From: Candidatus Krumholzibacteriia bacterium
Lineage (GTDB): Bacteria; Krumholzibacteriota; Krumholzibacteriia; LZORAL124-64-63
Direction of reading: 5' to 3'
Length of the DNA stretch: 12,117 nt
NCBI GenBank assembly: GCA_036351155.1
Contig: JAZBOO010000154.1
Span: 1-12,117 of the forward strand
Each line of letters opens with the position of its first letter. The stretch's first letter is position 1. The notes beneath the pieces were generated by a model. It searched no databases, was not told where the DNA came from, and was given only the letters and a program-made list of their open reading frames with translations. Position numbers and translations under genes: made by a program. Shown here piece after piece: positions 1-7,867 of this stretch.

Positions 1-102
1 AACCGGTCGACGGCCGACTTCATGATTTCCTCCCCGTTGCTGGACGAAGAATACGAGGCCATCGTCAAGGACTACCGCGGGTATCTGGAGCGCGAGGTCT
101 GA
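1..102 (+). CDS. mgsA: Methylglyoxal synthase, C-terminal end (partial, runs off the window's left edge)
   Basis: Not in the ORF track. Frame 1 reads NRSTADFMISSPLLDEEYEAIVKDYRGYLEREV*(TGA 100-102). This matches the MgsA C-terminal pattern N-x-(A/S)-TADF-(I/L/M)-I-x-SP...DY..YL (E. coli: TNVATADFIIQSPHF...PDYQRYL). Confidence 0.85.
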   Translation, partial: NRSTADFMISSPLLDEEYEAIVKDYRGYLEREV

Positions 103-108
103 GCCAGA

Positions 109-363
109 CTATTCCACGTCCAGCTTGACCGTGCCGCCCTTGATGGTGCACTGGCACATGAGCCGGCGCTCGGGATCCAGGTCCATGTCGATCTCGGCCT
201 CGCTGCGCTCGGACAGGTTCTCCATGCCCGACAGCACCACCGTGGCGCACTTGCCGCACACGCCATCGTGACAACCGAACTGCACGCCAAGATCGACAGC
301 TTTTTCCATGCTCCCACCATCGATGGCCGAGATTTCCTGGGAACGTGATTTGATCGTGGCCAT
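109..363 (-). CDS. 2Fe-2S ferredoxin (84 aa)
   Basis: MATIKS...GVQFGCHDGVCGKCATVVLSGMENLS...RLMCQC: C-x4-C-x2-C plus a distal Cys in RLxCQ. ATG at 363-361 is preceded by an AAGGAGAGA RBS, so the track's start at 450 is too long. Stop is TAG. Confidence 0.92.
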   Translation of the reverse strand: MATIKSRSQEISAIDGGSMEKAVDLGVQFGCHDGVCGKCATVVLSGMENLSERSEAEIDMDLDPERRLMCQCTIKGGTVKLDVE

Positions 364-410
364 GGGTGTCTCTCTCCTTGGGTCATAACAGGTTTCTATG
401 CTTGCAGGAT

Positions 411-438
411 ATTTTAGCGCAAATCCCGGAAACCACAA
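411..438 (-). promoter_or_regulatory. Putative sigma70 promoter for the ferredoxin
   Basis: Minus strand TTGTGG (438-433) - 16 nt - TAAAAT (416-411), about 50 nt upstream of the ferredoxin ATG. Confidence 0.4.
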
Positions 439-478
439 GATCACAGCCATTTATTGGGGTTTCGCAGGGATCTGGGCG

Positions 479-507
479 TTGCCCGGGCCGCTTCCGGATG
501 GTAGAGT
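479..507 (+). promoter_or_regulatory. Putative sigma70 promoter (extended -10), divergent from the ferredoxin
   Basis: TTGCCC (479-484) - 17 nt - TAGAGT (502-507), with TG at 499-500 giving a TGn extended -10. Confidence 0.5.
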
Positions 508-511
508 TCCC

Positions 512-607
512 ACGATTGGCCTCTGGACGGCCATCATCAACACCCTTTAGCTGGGTATTGCCGTGTTCGTTTCGGTTTACAAGCCGTGGAAGAACATCAG
601 GCGCTGA
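512..607 (+). pseudogene. Remnant 3' end of a DUF2269-like membrane protein gene, with an internal TAG
   Basis: Reads TIGLWTAIINTL*LGIAVFVSVYKPWKNIRR*(TGA 605-607). A hydrophobic helix ending in SVYKPW plus a basic tail is typical of the last TM of DUF2269-type proteins. In-frame TAG at 548-550. No convincing 5' part or RBS. Confidence 0.55.
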
Positions 608-624
608 ATGAGTGAGGAGGCTCC

Positions 625-1170
625 ATGAAAATCGTTTTTTCCGGAGCACACCAGACCGGGAAGACGACCCTGATTGGTGAGCTCGACGGTTTGCTTTCGA
701 CATTCAAGTCCATTGATGAGCCCTACCACTAGCTCGAAGAAGAAGGCCATGCGTTCTCGGACCCGCCGGCACTCGAAGACTTCGAGGTGCAACTTGAGCG
801 CGCGATCCATTCCATCGTCGAGAGCAACGGAAACTGCCTCTTTGACCGATGCCCCTTCGACCTGGTTGCCTACCTTTTCAGCATCGAGGAATCGGACAGG
901 TTCGACCTGAACCAGTGGATGCCCGCTGTTCAGGATGCGATGGAGCAGATCGATCTCATCGTTTTCGTCCCGGTCGAGGAACCGGACCGCATCGCCGTGG
1001 ACGGGTCGGATCACGAAGCTCTGCGTCTGCGCGTGGACGAAGTGCTCCGGGAGATCGTTCTCGACGACCAGTGGGCTCTGGGCATTCCTGCGATCGAGGT
1101 GACCGGATCTCCAGGTGAGCGTGCCCGCCAGGTTCTGGACCAAATCGGACTTGATGCGGGGGCAAGGTGA
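625..1170 (+). pseudogene. AAA_28/NadR-like P-loop NTPase (nucleotide-kinase-like), interrupted by an in-frame TAG at 730-732
   Basis: RBS GAGGAGG (614-620), ATG 625, then MKIVFSGAHQTGKTTLI (Walker A) ...IDEPYH*LEEEGHAFSDPPALEDFEVQLERAI...LFDRCPFDLVAY...DLIVFVP...TGSPGERARQVL*(TGA). The same frame continues into track ORF 787..1170. 181 codons if the TAG is read through. Confidence 0.85.
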
Positions 1171-1238
1171 AGACGGGCTCTGCCTGAAATTCGCATCCTG
1201 CCCACGGATTCAAGCCCCCCTTGAAATGGAGAAGCGCC

Positions 1239-2120
1239 ATGACCACCACTCCCGCCGTCCGCCTCTCCAATACCCTGGCCCGGCTTTTCGACCGGCTGGA
1301 ACACGCCTGGGAAAACCGCCGCACCGTGGCCATCCTGGCCAACTTCCTGATCGTCATTTTCCTGGTGGAACTGGCCCTCATCGGCTTGAAAAACATGGGT
1401 GGGCTGCCGGCGTTCCTGCAGCCCTTCGTGAAGTCCAGCAACTATTTCTACGCCGTCAACCTGGCCTTCACCATGCTGCTGGTGTTCGAGGTGATCGAGC
1501 TGGTGTTCAGCATGGCCCACTCGGTGGCCGAGTCGGTAGGCAAGCAGTTCCAGATCCTCTCGCTCATCCTGCTGCGGGCCTCGTTCAAGGAGTTCTCTTA
1601 CCTGGACTACCCCATCAACTGGGACCACATCAACGACACCCTGTATCACATCCTGAGCGATGCCGCCGGGGCCCTGTTGCTCTTCTTCCTGCTGGGGTTC
1701 TACGGCCGGATGATGCGTCACCAGCCCATCACCAGCGATGCCGGCAGCCAGGTGCGCTTCGTGGTGGCCAAGAAGGTGCTGGCCCTGGGCCTGCTGGCGG
1801 TGTACGGCGCCGTCGGTGTGCAGGCTCTCCACCAGTGGGTGACCACAGCCACCACCCCGCCCTTCTTCCAGACCTTCTACACAATCCTCATTTTTGCCGA
1901 TTTCCTGCTGGTTTTCATCTCGTTGCGCTACACGGCCAGCTACTTCGTGCTGTTCCGCAATTCGGGGTTCGCGCTGTCCACGGTGGTGATCCGTATTGCC
2001 CTGACCGCCCCGCCCTACTACAGTGCGGGGCTGGGCCTGTGCGCCATGTTGCTGGCTCTGGGCATCACCGGATCGTACAACCGTTTTGCCCGAAATGAGC
2101 CGCTGGCCGAGTCCGTCTAA
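1239..2120 (+). CDS. Conserved-looking polytopic inner-membrane protein, about 8 TM, function unknown (293 aa)
   Basis: ATG 1239 after GGAGAAG. Strong GC3 codon bias and multiple hydrophobic segments. Motifs SVGKQFQILSLILLRASFKEF and LFRNSGFALSTVVIRIAL. Ends 21 nt before the GH92 start. Confidence 0.85.
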   Translation: MTTTPAVRLSNTLARLFDRLEHAWENRRTVAILANFLIVIFLVELALIGLKNMGGLPAFLQPFVKSSNYFYAVNLAFTMLLVFEVIELVFSMAHSVAESVGKQFQILSLILLRASFKEFSYLDYPINWDHINDTLYHILSDAAGALLLFFLLGFYGRMMRHQPITSDAGSQVRFVVAKKVLALGLLAVYGAVGVQALHQWVTTATTPPFFQTFYTILIFADFLLVFISLRYTASYFVLFRNSGFALSTVVIRIALTAPPYYSAGLGLCAMLLALGITGSYNRFARNEPLAESV

Positions 2121-2141
2121 CCTGTCTGGAAAGGGATCATT

Positions 2142-5042
2142 GTGAAACGCCTGCTGGTCTTTCTGTGTCTGGTTTCCCTGCTGCCCGCGGCCCATGCCGC
2201 CGACCTGGCCCGGCACATCGACCCCTTCATCGGCACCGGTGGCCACGGGCACACCTATCCCGGCCCCACGCTTCCTTTCGGCATGGTCCAGCTGTCGCCC
2301 GACACCCGGCTGACCGGCTGGGATGGTTGCTCGATATACCACGACAGCGACCGGATGGTGTACGGCTTCAGTCACACCCACCTGAGCGGCACCGGCGTGG
2401 GCGACTACGGCGATGTGCTGCTGATGCCCGTGACCGGCCGGCCGCACCTTTTCAGCGGGTATCCGGATCAGGTGGATGCGGGTTACGGTTCGCGGTTTTC
2501 GAAGGAAAAGGAACAGGCCCAGGCAGGATATTACCGGACCTTCCTCGAGGACTACGGCATCGAGGTGGAGCTGACGGCCACCGAGCGGACGGGGCTGCTC
2601 CGGTATGTTTTTCCCGAGGGCCGGGAAGCCCATGTGATCATCGACCTCGAGCACCGCGACAAGCTGCTGGATGTGGGTTGCACCGTGGTGGACGAACGGA
2701 CAATCGCCGGATTCCGCCGCTCCGAGGGCTGGGCCCGCGACCAGCTGGTGCACTTCCGCGCGGTGTTTTCGCGGCCCTTCACGGTGGCGCGCCTGGTGCC
2801 CGGTCCCGGTGAGCTGGCCGATCGCGACAGCAAGGCCGTGCTGAGTTTCGGAAACGAAGGCGGCGAGCTGCTGGTGCAGGTGGCGCTGAGCGCCGTCGAC
2901 GCCCAGGGCGCCCAGGGCAACCTGAAGACCGAGTGGGCCGATTTCGATTTTGCCGCCGTGCGGCAGGCCGCCGGCCAGGCCTGGTCCGACATCCTGGCGC
3001 CGTTTGCCGTCGAGGGCTCCGATGATTCCCGGCTGACGGTCCTGGCCACCGCCCTGTACCACAGCTATCTGGCGCCCAATCTGTTCAGCGATGCCGACGG
3101 CCGCTTCCGCGGCATGGACCTCAAAACTCATCACGCGCGGGGACGCCGGCAGTACACCGTGTTCTCGCTGTGGGACACCTACCGCGCCACCCATCCCCTG
3201 TTCACCTTGATGCAACGCCGGCGCACGGTGGATTTCGTGCACACCGCCCTGTCCCACTATCAGCTGGGGGGGCGCCTGCCGGTGTGGGAGCTGGCCGCCA
3301 ACGAGACCGATTGCATGATCGGCTATCACTCGGTCAGCTTCATCGCCGACGCCTGGTTGAAGGGGATCCGCGGGTATGATCCGGAGCTGGCCTTCGAAGG
3401 CATGCTGGACAGCGCCTACCGGGACCACTTCGGGCTCGAGGCCTACCGCCGTCAGGGGTTCATCGCCATCGAAGATGAGCCCGAATCGGTGAGCAAGACC
3501 CTGGAGTACGCTTACGATGACGTATGCATCAGCCGCATGGCCTGGTCGCTGGGCCACAACGAGCTGGGTGAGCAGTTCGCGCAGAGGGCCCAGGGCTGGC
3601 GGCACCTGTACGATCCGGCCAGCCGCTGCTTCCGCCCGCGCCGCAACGGCCAGTGGCTCAAACCCTACGATCCGCGGCAGGTCGACTTTCACCACACCGA
3701 AGCCAACGGCTGGCAGTACCGATTCGCTGCGCCGCACCACATGCCCCAGCACATCGATCTCCTGGGTGGAGACGCGGCCTGTTCCGCGGTCCTCGACTCG
3801 CTGTTCACCTTGACCAGTGAGACCACCGGTCGTCATCAACCCGATATCACCGGCCGCATGGGCCAGTACGCCCACGGCAACGAGCCCAGCCACCACATGG
3901 CCTGGCTGTACCATTTCACCGGGGAACCGGAGAAGTCACGGGCGCGTGTGACGCGCATCCTCGATGAGTTTTATACCGACCAGCCCGATGGTCTGATCGG
4001 CAACGAAGACTGCGGCCAGATGAGCAGCTGGTATGTGCTGGCCGCCTACGGTCTCTACGATGTGGCGCCCACGTCGCGGCAATGGCTGATCATTCCCCCC
4101 TTGCACGAGCACATGAGCCTGACTTTCGAAGACGGCGCCGTGTTCACCACCCGACGTGAAGGATCGGGGCCCGTGGCGCAGGTGCTGTGGAACGGCAAGC
4201 CCCTGAACCGCAGCTGGCTGGCGCATTCCGAGGTGACCGGCGGCGGCGAGCTGGTGTTCCAGCTGGGCGAGATTTCTCGGTGGGGCGTGGACCCGGCGGA
4301 CCGGCCGGGCTTGCCCCTGGAAAGCGCCGTGGTGCTGGCGGCGCCCTGGGCCGAAGCTTCGGGTGATCGTTTTCGGGGCCGGCAACAGGTGACCTTGCAC
4401 GCGCAGGAAACCGGGGCGCAGATCTACTGGACCCTGGATGCCGAGGGCGATCCGCTTGCAGGCACCCTTTATACCGAACCTTTGACCCTGGATCGCACCT
4501 GCGACCTGCGCTTTGTGGCCGTTTCCGGACCCCGGACCAGCCCCGTGGTGACCGCTCGCTTCAATGCCATTCCCAACGACTGGAAGCTGGAGATCTCATC
4601 GATCCCCAACTCTCAGTACACAGCCGGAGGACCCGACGCTTTGATCGACGGACGACGCGGCACCGACAACTGGCGCACCGGCGGCTGGCACGGTTATGAA
4701 GGGCAAGATTTTTCGTGTGTGCTGGATCTGGGCGAGGTGCGATCGGTCCACAAGGTCGGCGCCAGCTTTCTTCAGGACATGCGCTCGTGGATCATGATGC
4801 CCCGGGAACTGGTGGTGGAAGTTTCCGTGGATGGCACCACCTGGCAGGAGGTCGGGCGCGTGGGGCATCAGGTGCCCGAGCGCCAGGAGGGCGTGTTCAG
4901 GCGGGACTTCACGGTTTCGCTGGACGGGTTGGAGATCCGGACCGTGCGGTTTTTCGCTGCGGGATATGGAACCTTGCCCGAGTGGCATCTCGGGGCCGGG
5001 GGGCCCAGTTTCATCTTCGTGGATGAGCTGATCATGGAATAA
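2142..5042 (+). CDS. Secreted GH92 family alpha-mannosidase (alpha-1,2-mannosidase-like) with C-terminal Fn3-associated/chitobiase-like and F5/8 (discoidin/CBM32-like) domains
   Basis: Signal peptide (MKRLLVFLCLVSLLPAAHA). GH92 hallmarks: IDPFIGTGGHGHTYPG, PFGMVQLSPDT, GFSHTHLSGTG, FSLWDTYRA, SVSKTLEYAYDD, TEANGWQY (catalytic acid region), HGNEPSHH, GNEDCGQMSSWY (Ca2+/base region). C-terminus has IYWTLD...P..LYTEPL, ALIDG.RG, LDLG, FIFVDE. GTG start after GAAAGGGA. Confidence 0.96.
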   Translation: MKRLLVFLCLVSLLPAAHAADLARHIDPFIGTGGHGHTYPGPTLPFGMVQLSPDTRLTGWDGCSIYHDSDRMVYGFSHTHLSGTGVGDYGDVLLMPVTGRPHLFSGYPDQVDAGYGSRFSKEKEQAQAGYYRTFLEDYGIEVELTATERTGLLRYVFPEGREAHVIIDLEHRDKLLDVGCTVVDERTIAGFRRSEGWARDQLVHFRAVFSRPFTVARLVPGPGELADRDSKAVLSFGNEGGELLVQVALSAVDAQGAQGNLKTEWADFDFAAVRQAAGQAWSDILAPFAVEGSDDSRLTVLATALYHSYLAPNLFSDADGRFRGMDLKTHHARGRRQYTVFSLWDTYRATHPLFTLMQRRRTVDFVHTALSHYQLGGRLPVWELAANETDCMIGYHSVSFIADAWLKGIRGYDPELAFEGMLDSAYRDHFGLEAYRRQGFIAIEDEPESVSKTLEYAYDDVCISRMAWSLGHNELGEQFAQRAQGWRHLYDPASRCFRPRRNGQWLKPYDPRQVDFHHTEANGWQYRFAAPHHMPQHIDLLGGDAACSAVLDSLFTLTSETTGRHQPDITGRMGQYAHGNEPSHHMAWLYHFTGEPEKSRARVTRILDEFYTDQPDGLIGNEDCGQMSSWYVLAAYGLYDVAPTSRQWLIIPPLHEHMSLTFEDGAVFTTRREGSGPVAQVLWNGKPLNRSWLAHSEVTGGGELVFQLGEISRWGVDPADRPGLPLESAVVLAAPWAEASGDRFRGRQQVTLHAQETGAQIYWTLDAEGDPLAGTLYTEPLTLDRTCDLRFVAVSGPRTSPVVTARFNAIPNDWKLEISSIPNSQYTAGGPDALIDGRRGTDNWRTGGWHGYEGQDFSCVLDLGEVRSVHKVGASFLQDMRSWIMMPRELVVEVSVDGTTWQEVGRVGHQVPERQEGVFRRDFTVSLDGLEIRTVRFFAAGYGTLPEWHLGAGGPSFIFVDELIME

Positions 5043-5065
5043 GGGGGGTTTTCGCGATTTAAGTC

Positions 5066-5094
5066 TTGCTTGTTCGTGCTTTATTCGCTATATT
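5066..5094 (+). promoter_or_regulatory. Sigma70-type promoter of the HNH gene, with a possible operator in the spacer
   Basis: TTGCTT (5066-5071) - 17 nt - TATATT (5089-5094) in an AT-rich patch. The spacer contains GTTC-N7-ATTC (5072-5086). Confidence 0.65.
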
Positions 5095-5132
5095 CATGGC
5101 ACCTCCCCTCACCACTGATCAGGAGAGATGCC

Positions 5133-6197
5133 ATGCACCCCTTCGTGCCCGGCCAGTCGGCCCATGCTGCCCATTCCGCCCTCAAGACCGCCGTTCAGAC
5201 CATGGATTCCGCCCAGCAAAACGCGGTGCTGTGGTTCGGGGAGATTCTGAGCCGGAAGCTCTATCAAGACCTCGGGTATTCTTCCATCAACCAGTACGCC
5301 CAGCAGGCCCTGGGCTTTTCCCGCACCCGGACCGGCGATTTTCTTCAGCTGTGCCGAAAGCTGGACAAGCTGCCCGCCATCAAGCGCGAAGTGGCCGAGG
5401 GCAAGCTGGGCTACACCAAGGCGCGCGAACTGGCCAAGGTGGCCGACCAGAAGAACGAAACCGAGTGGCTGGAACTGGCCAAGAGCAAGTCACGACGGGA
5501 GCTGGAACACGAGGTCAAGCGGGCCAAGCTAGAGGCGGTCAATCTGGCGCAGGGTCAGACCTCGCTGTTGCCCGCGCCCGTGAACAGACCCGCAGCTGTG
5601 ATCCCGGTGCGGGTCTGTTTCGAGTTCACCCCGGAGCAGTTCGCCCGGTACGAGGCGCTTACGGAACAGTTGCACAAGCGGGGCAGCGCGGGCGGAGACA
5701 AGGTGGAGATGCTATTGCAGGCCATGGCCTCCTTGGCCGCGGAAAGTGCCCCCCGGGGGGGCATCGAAAGCCCGCCCATTCAGATCCATATTCATCAATG
5801 TCCTGATTGCGAGAAAGCCACCATCCAGACCAGCCGGGAGGAGATGGCGATTTCCCCACAAGACCTGGACCGCGCCCGGTGCGACGCACAGATCCTGGAG
5901 CCAGGAAAGCGAAATACCAGCACCATTCCGCCGGCGGTCAGGCGACGGGTCCTGGCCCGCGATCGGCACCGTTGCCAGAGCCCCGGCTGCCCTCACACCC
6001 GATTCCTCGAGATCCACCACAAGATCCCGCGCGCCCGGGGCGGAAGCCACGACCCGGAAAACTTGATCACCCTCTGTTCGGCGTGCCATGCGCGTGTTCA
6101 CCGGCATCCGGCAAACCAGCTGCTGGCCCGCGAGAGGGAAGCGCCATATCAGGCCTCCCCCTCCTTGGCCGCCGGGTACAGGTGCACATCCCGCTGA
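5133..6197 (+). CDS. HNH endonuclease with N-terminal helical DUF222/13E12-like region (354 aa)
   Basis: RBS AGGAGAG (5121-5127), ATG 5133. C-terminal HNH/zinc motif IPPAVRRRVLARDRHRCQSPGC..TRFLEIHHKIPRARGGSHDPENLITLCSACHARVH. Extra HIHQCPDC...RCDA. N-terminal LGYSSINQYAQQALG...LDKLPAIKREVAEGKLGYTKAREL helical region. Confidence 0.9.
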   Translation: MHPFVPGQSAHAAHSALKTAVQTMDSAQQNAVLWFGEILSRKLYQDLGYSSINQYAQQALGFSRTRTGDFLQLCRKLDKLPAIKREVAEGKLGYTKARELAKVADQKNETEWLELAKSKSRRELEHEVKRAKLEAVNLAQGQTSLLPAPVNRPAAVIPVRVCFEFTPEQFARYEALTEQLHKRGSAGGDKVEMLLQAMASLAAESAPRGGIESPPIQIHIHQCPDCEKATIQTSREEMAISPQDLDRARCDAQILEPGKRNTSTIPPAVRRRVLARDRHRCQSPGCPHTRFLEIHHKIPRARGGSHDPENLITLCSACHARVHRHPANQLLAREREAPYQASPSLAAGYRCTSR

Positions 6198-7855
6198 GGG
6201 AAGGGGATGCTGATCTGCTCCGCGTCGAAGCGCATCTTCACTTCGCGCGTCACCGCCCAGTAGACATCCCAGTAGTCCTCGGTGCGGACCCAGGGGCGCA
6301 CGATGAAATCAACCGACGATTCACCCAGAGTGTGCAACCGCACCATGGGCTCGGGTTGATCCAGGACTCCTTCACATTCGGCAAGGATCTTGTTGAGCAC
6401 CTCTTCGGCAAGGGGAATGTCATCGCTGTACGAGATGCCGAAGGTCATGTCTACCCGACGCGTGTGCTGGTCGGTGACGTTCTTGATGACGTCGCCCCAG
6501 ATCTTGCTGTTGGGCACCACCAGTTTCTGGTTGTCCAGGGTCAGGATGCTGGTCGACACCATGCTCATGTGCTCGACCTTGCCGAACGCCCCGCTGATTT
6601 CCACCAGATCGCCCACGTCGTAGGGGCGGTAGAAGAGGATCATCAGGCCGGAGGCAAAATTGGAAAGGCTGTCCTGCATGGCAAAACCCAGGATGAAACC
6701 CACGACCCCGAGGCCGGCCAGGAGCGGACCCAGGCTGATGCCGAACTGGGCCAGAGCCACCATCACCGTCAGACCGAGGACCACGTTGTGGGTAAAGCTG
6801 ACGATGGTCCGCTTCAATAGCTGGGAAATGTTCAGCCTGGCCCGGCTCAGGCTCTTCTCGACAGCCTTGCGCACCAGACTGGCCAGCAGCCAGCCCGCGG
6901 CCATGATCAGCAGGACCACCATGAACTTGACAAGGTACCCGGGGCCCTTCTCGGCCAGCCAGTCCGTGGCTGCGGCCCAGGCCTTGCGGGCCAGTGCAGA
7001 GGAAACCGTGACATCCATCACCCCGGAGGCCAGATCCTGAGTCACCACCACCAGGCGTTCGCGGGCCGCTTCATCGGGAATGCCAGCCCTGTCCATCAGG
7101 TCCAGGGTGTGGTCCAGGCTTTTGCCGTTGACGTCGAGGGTGTGCTTGGTGGCCGTCAGGAGCAGGGGAAGGTCCGAGTCATCCGGTTTGGCCTTCATCT
7201 GGGCTTTCAGATCGTCGGTACGCTCCAGGCCCAGCGCGAGCCGCCCCAGGAGCAGGTCAGTCCGTTCGCGCAGGTGAATGTGGAAAATCGACAAGGACGC
7301 CGTCACGTCCCGGCCCAGACCTTCGAGGGTGGTCAGGTGGTCGGCCACATAGCGAAACAGGATATCTAACCGAGCCACGCGGCGGTCGATCTTCGCTTCC
7401 AGGGTGGCCCGGTCCGCGGCACCGGTTTCGGGCCGGCGACTGCGTAGTTCATCGACTCTTTGACGCGCTTCATCGAGTCTGATCCACAGCTGAGGAATCA
7501 ACACCTGGTGAAGAGTGATCACCCGTTCCTTGAGAGGGCTGGGCGCGCCTTCGGCCAGCCCCAGAGCGGCCAGATCCTTCATGACGGCCATGAAGCGGTC
7601 CTCGGTACGATCGATCTGCAACCGCAGGACCTGACGGTCCTCGGCTCCGGCCTCGGACAGCTGGGCATGGTAACGCGCATCATCCTCGATGATGTCGGCC
7701 ACATCTTGCAAGAGAGCCACCGCACGTGGGCCCTCGACCTCTTCCGTGGCCCCGACCAGGGCCGATTCCAGGGTCGGAAAAACAGGATCCTGGGCCTGAG
7801 CGCTTGGGCTGCCCAAGGCCACCAGAACAAGAATCGTGATGAAGAAACGTACCAT
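6149..7855 (-). CDS. Small-conductance mechanosensitive channel (MscS family) with a long N-terminal periplasmic helical domain (568 aa)
   Basis: Signal peptide ending AQAQD, about 280 aa of helical region, three TMs, then the MscS core LLAGLGVVGFILGFAMQDSLSNFASGLMILFYRPYDVGDLVEI...VVPNSKIWGDVIKN...RRVDMTFGISYSDD...ISIPFPQRDVH. GGAGG RBS upstream. Confidence 0.95.
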   Translation of the reverse strand: MVRFFITILVLVALGSPSAQAQDPVFPTLESALVGATEEVEGPRAVALLQDVADIIEDDARYHAQLSEAGAEDRQVLRLQIDRTEDRFMAVMKDLAALGLAEGAPSPLKERVITLHQVLIPQLWIRLDEARQRVDELRSRRPETGAADRATLEAKIDRRVARLDILFRYVADHLTTLEGLGRDVTASLSIFHIHLRERTDLLLGRLALGLERTDDLKAQMKAKPDDSDLPLLLTATKHTLDVNGKSLDHTLDLMDRAGIPDEAARERLVVVTQDLASGVMDVTVSSALARKAWAAATDWLAEKGPGYLVKFMVVLLIMAAGWLLASLVRKAVEKSLSRARLNISQLLKRTIVSFTHNVVLGLTVMVALAQFGISLGPLLAGLGVVGFILGFAMQDSLSNFASGLMILFYRPYDVGDLVEISGAFGKVEHMSMVSTSILTLDNQKLVVPNSKIWGDVIKNVTDQHTRRVDMTFGISYSDDIPLAEEVLNKILAECEGVLDQPEPMVRLHTLGESSVDFIVRPWVRTEDYWDVYWAVTREVKMRFDAEQISIPFPQRDVHLYPAAKEGEA

Positions 7856-7867
7856 GGAAGGTCCTCC

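Noticed and set aside
398..550. 50-codon ORF from ATG 398 as the true 5' part of the DUF2269-like remnant
   Set aside because: No RBS, it runs through both predicted divergent promoters, and the sequence upstream of ~512 does not look like that family.
1115..2098. 327-aa alternative-frame ORF (likewise 5066..5806 and 5807..6820)
   Set aside because: Off-frame overlaps of real genes, with the Arg/Pro/Gly-rich composition typical of GC-rich non-coding frames.
1011..3914. 967-aa ORF on the minus strand
   Set aside because: Antisense shadow of the membrane protein and GH92 genes. Strong GC3 bias removes stops on the opposite strand, and it has no recognisable motifs.
5133..6197. HNH protein as IscB/Cas9-like RNA-guided nuclease with an omega/HEARO RNA
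   Set aside because: No PLMP N-terminus or split RuvC motifs, only 90 nt upstream and none downstream for a structured RNA, and no CRISPR repeats anywhere in the window.
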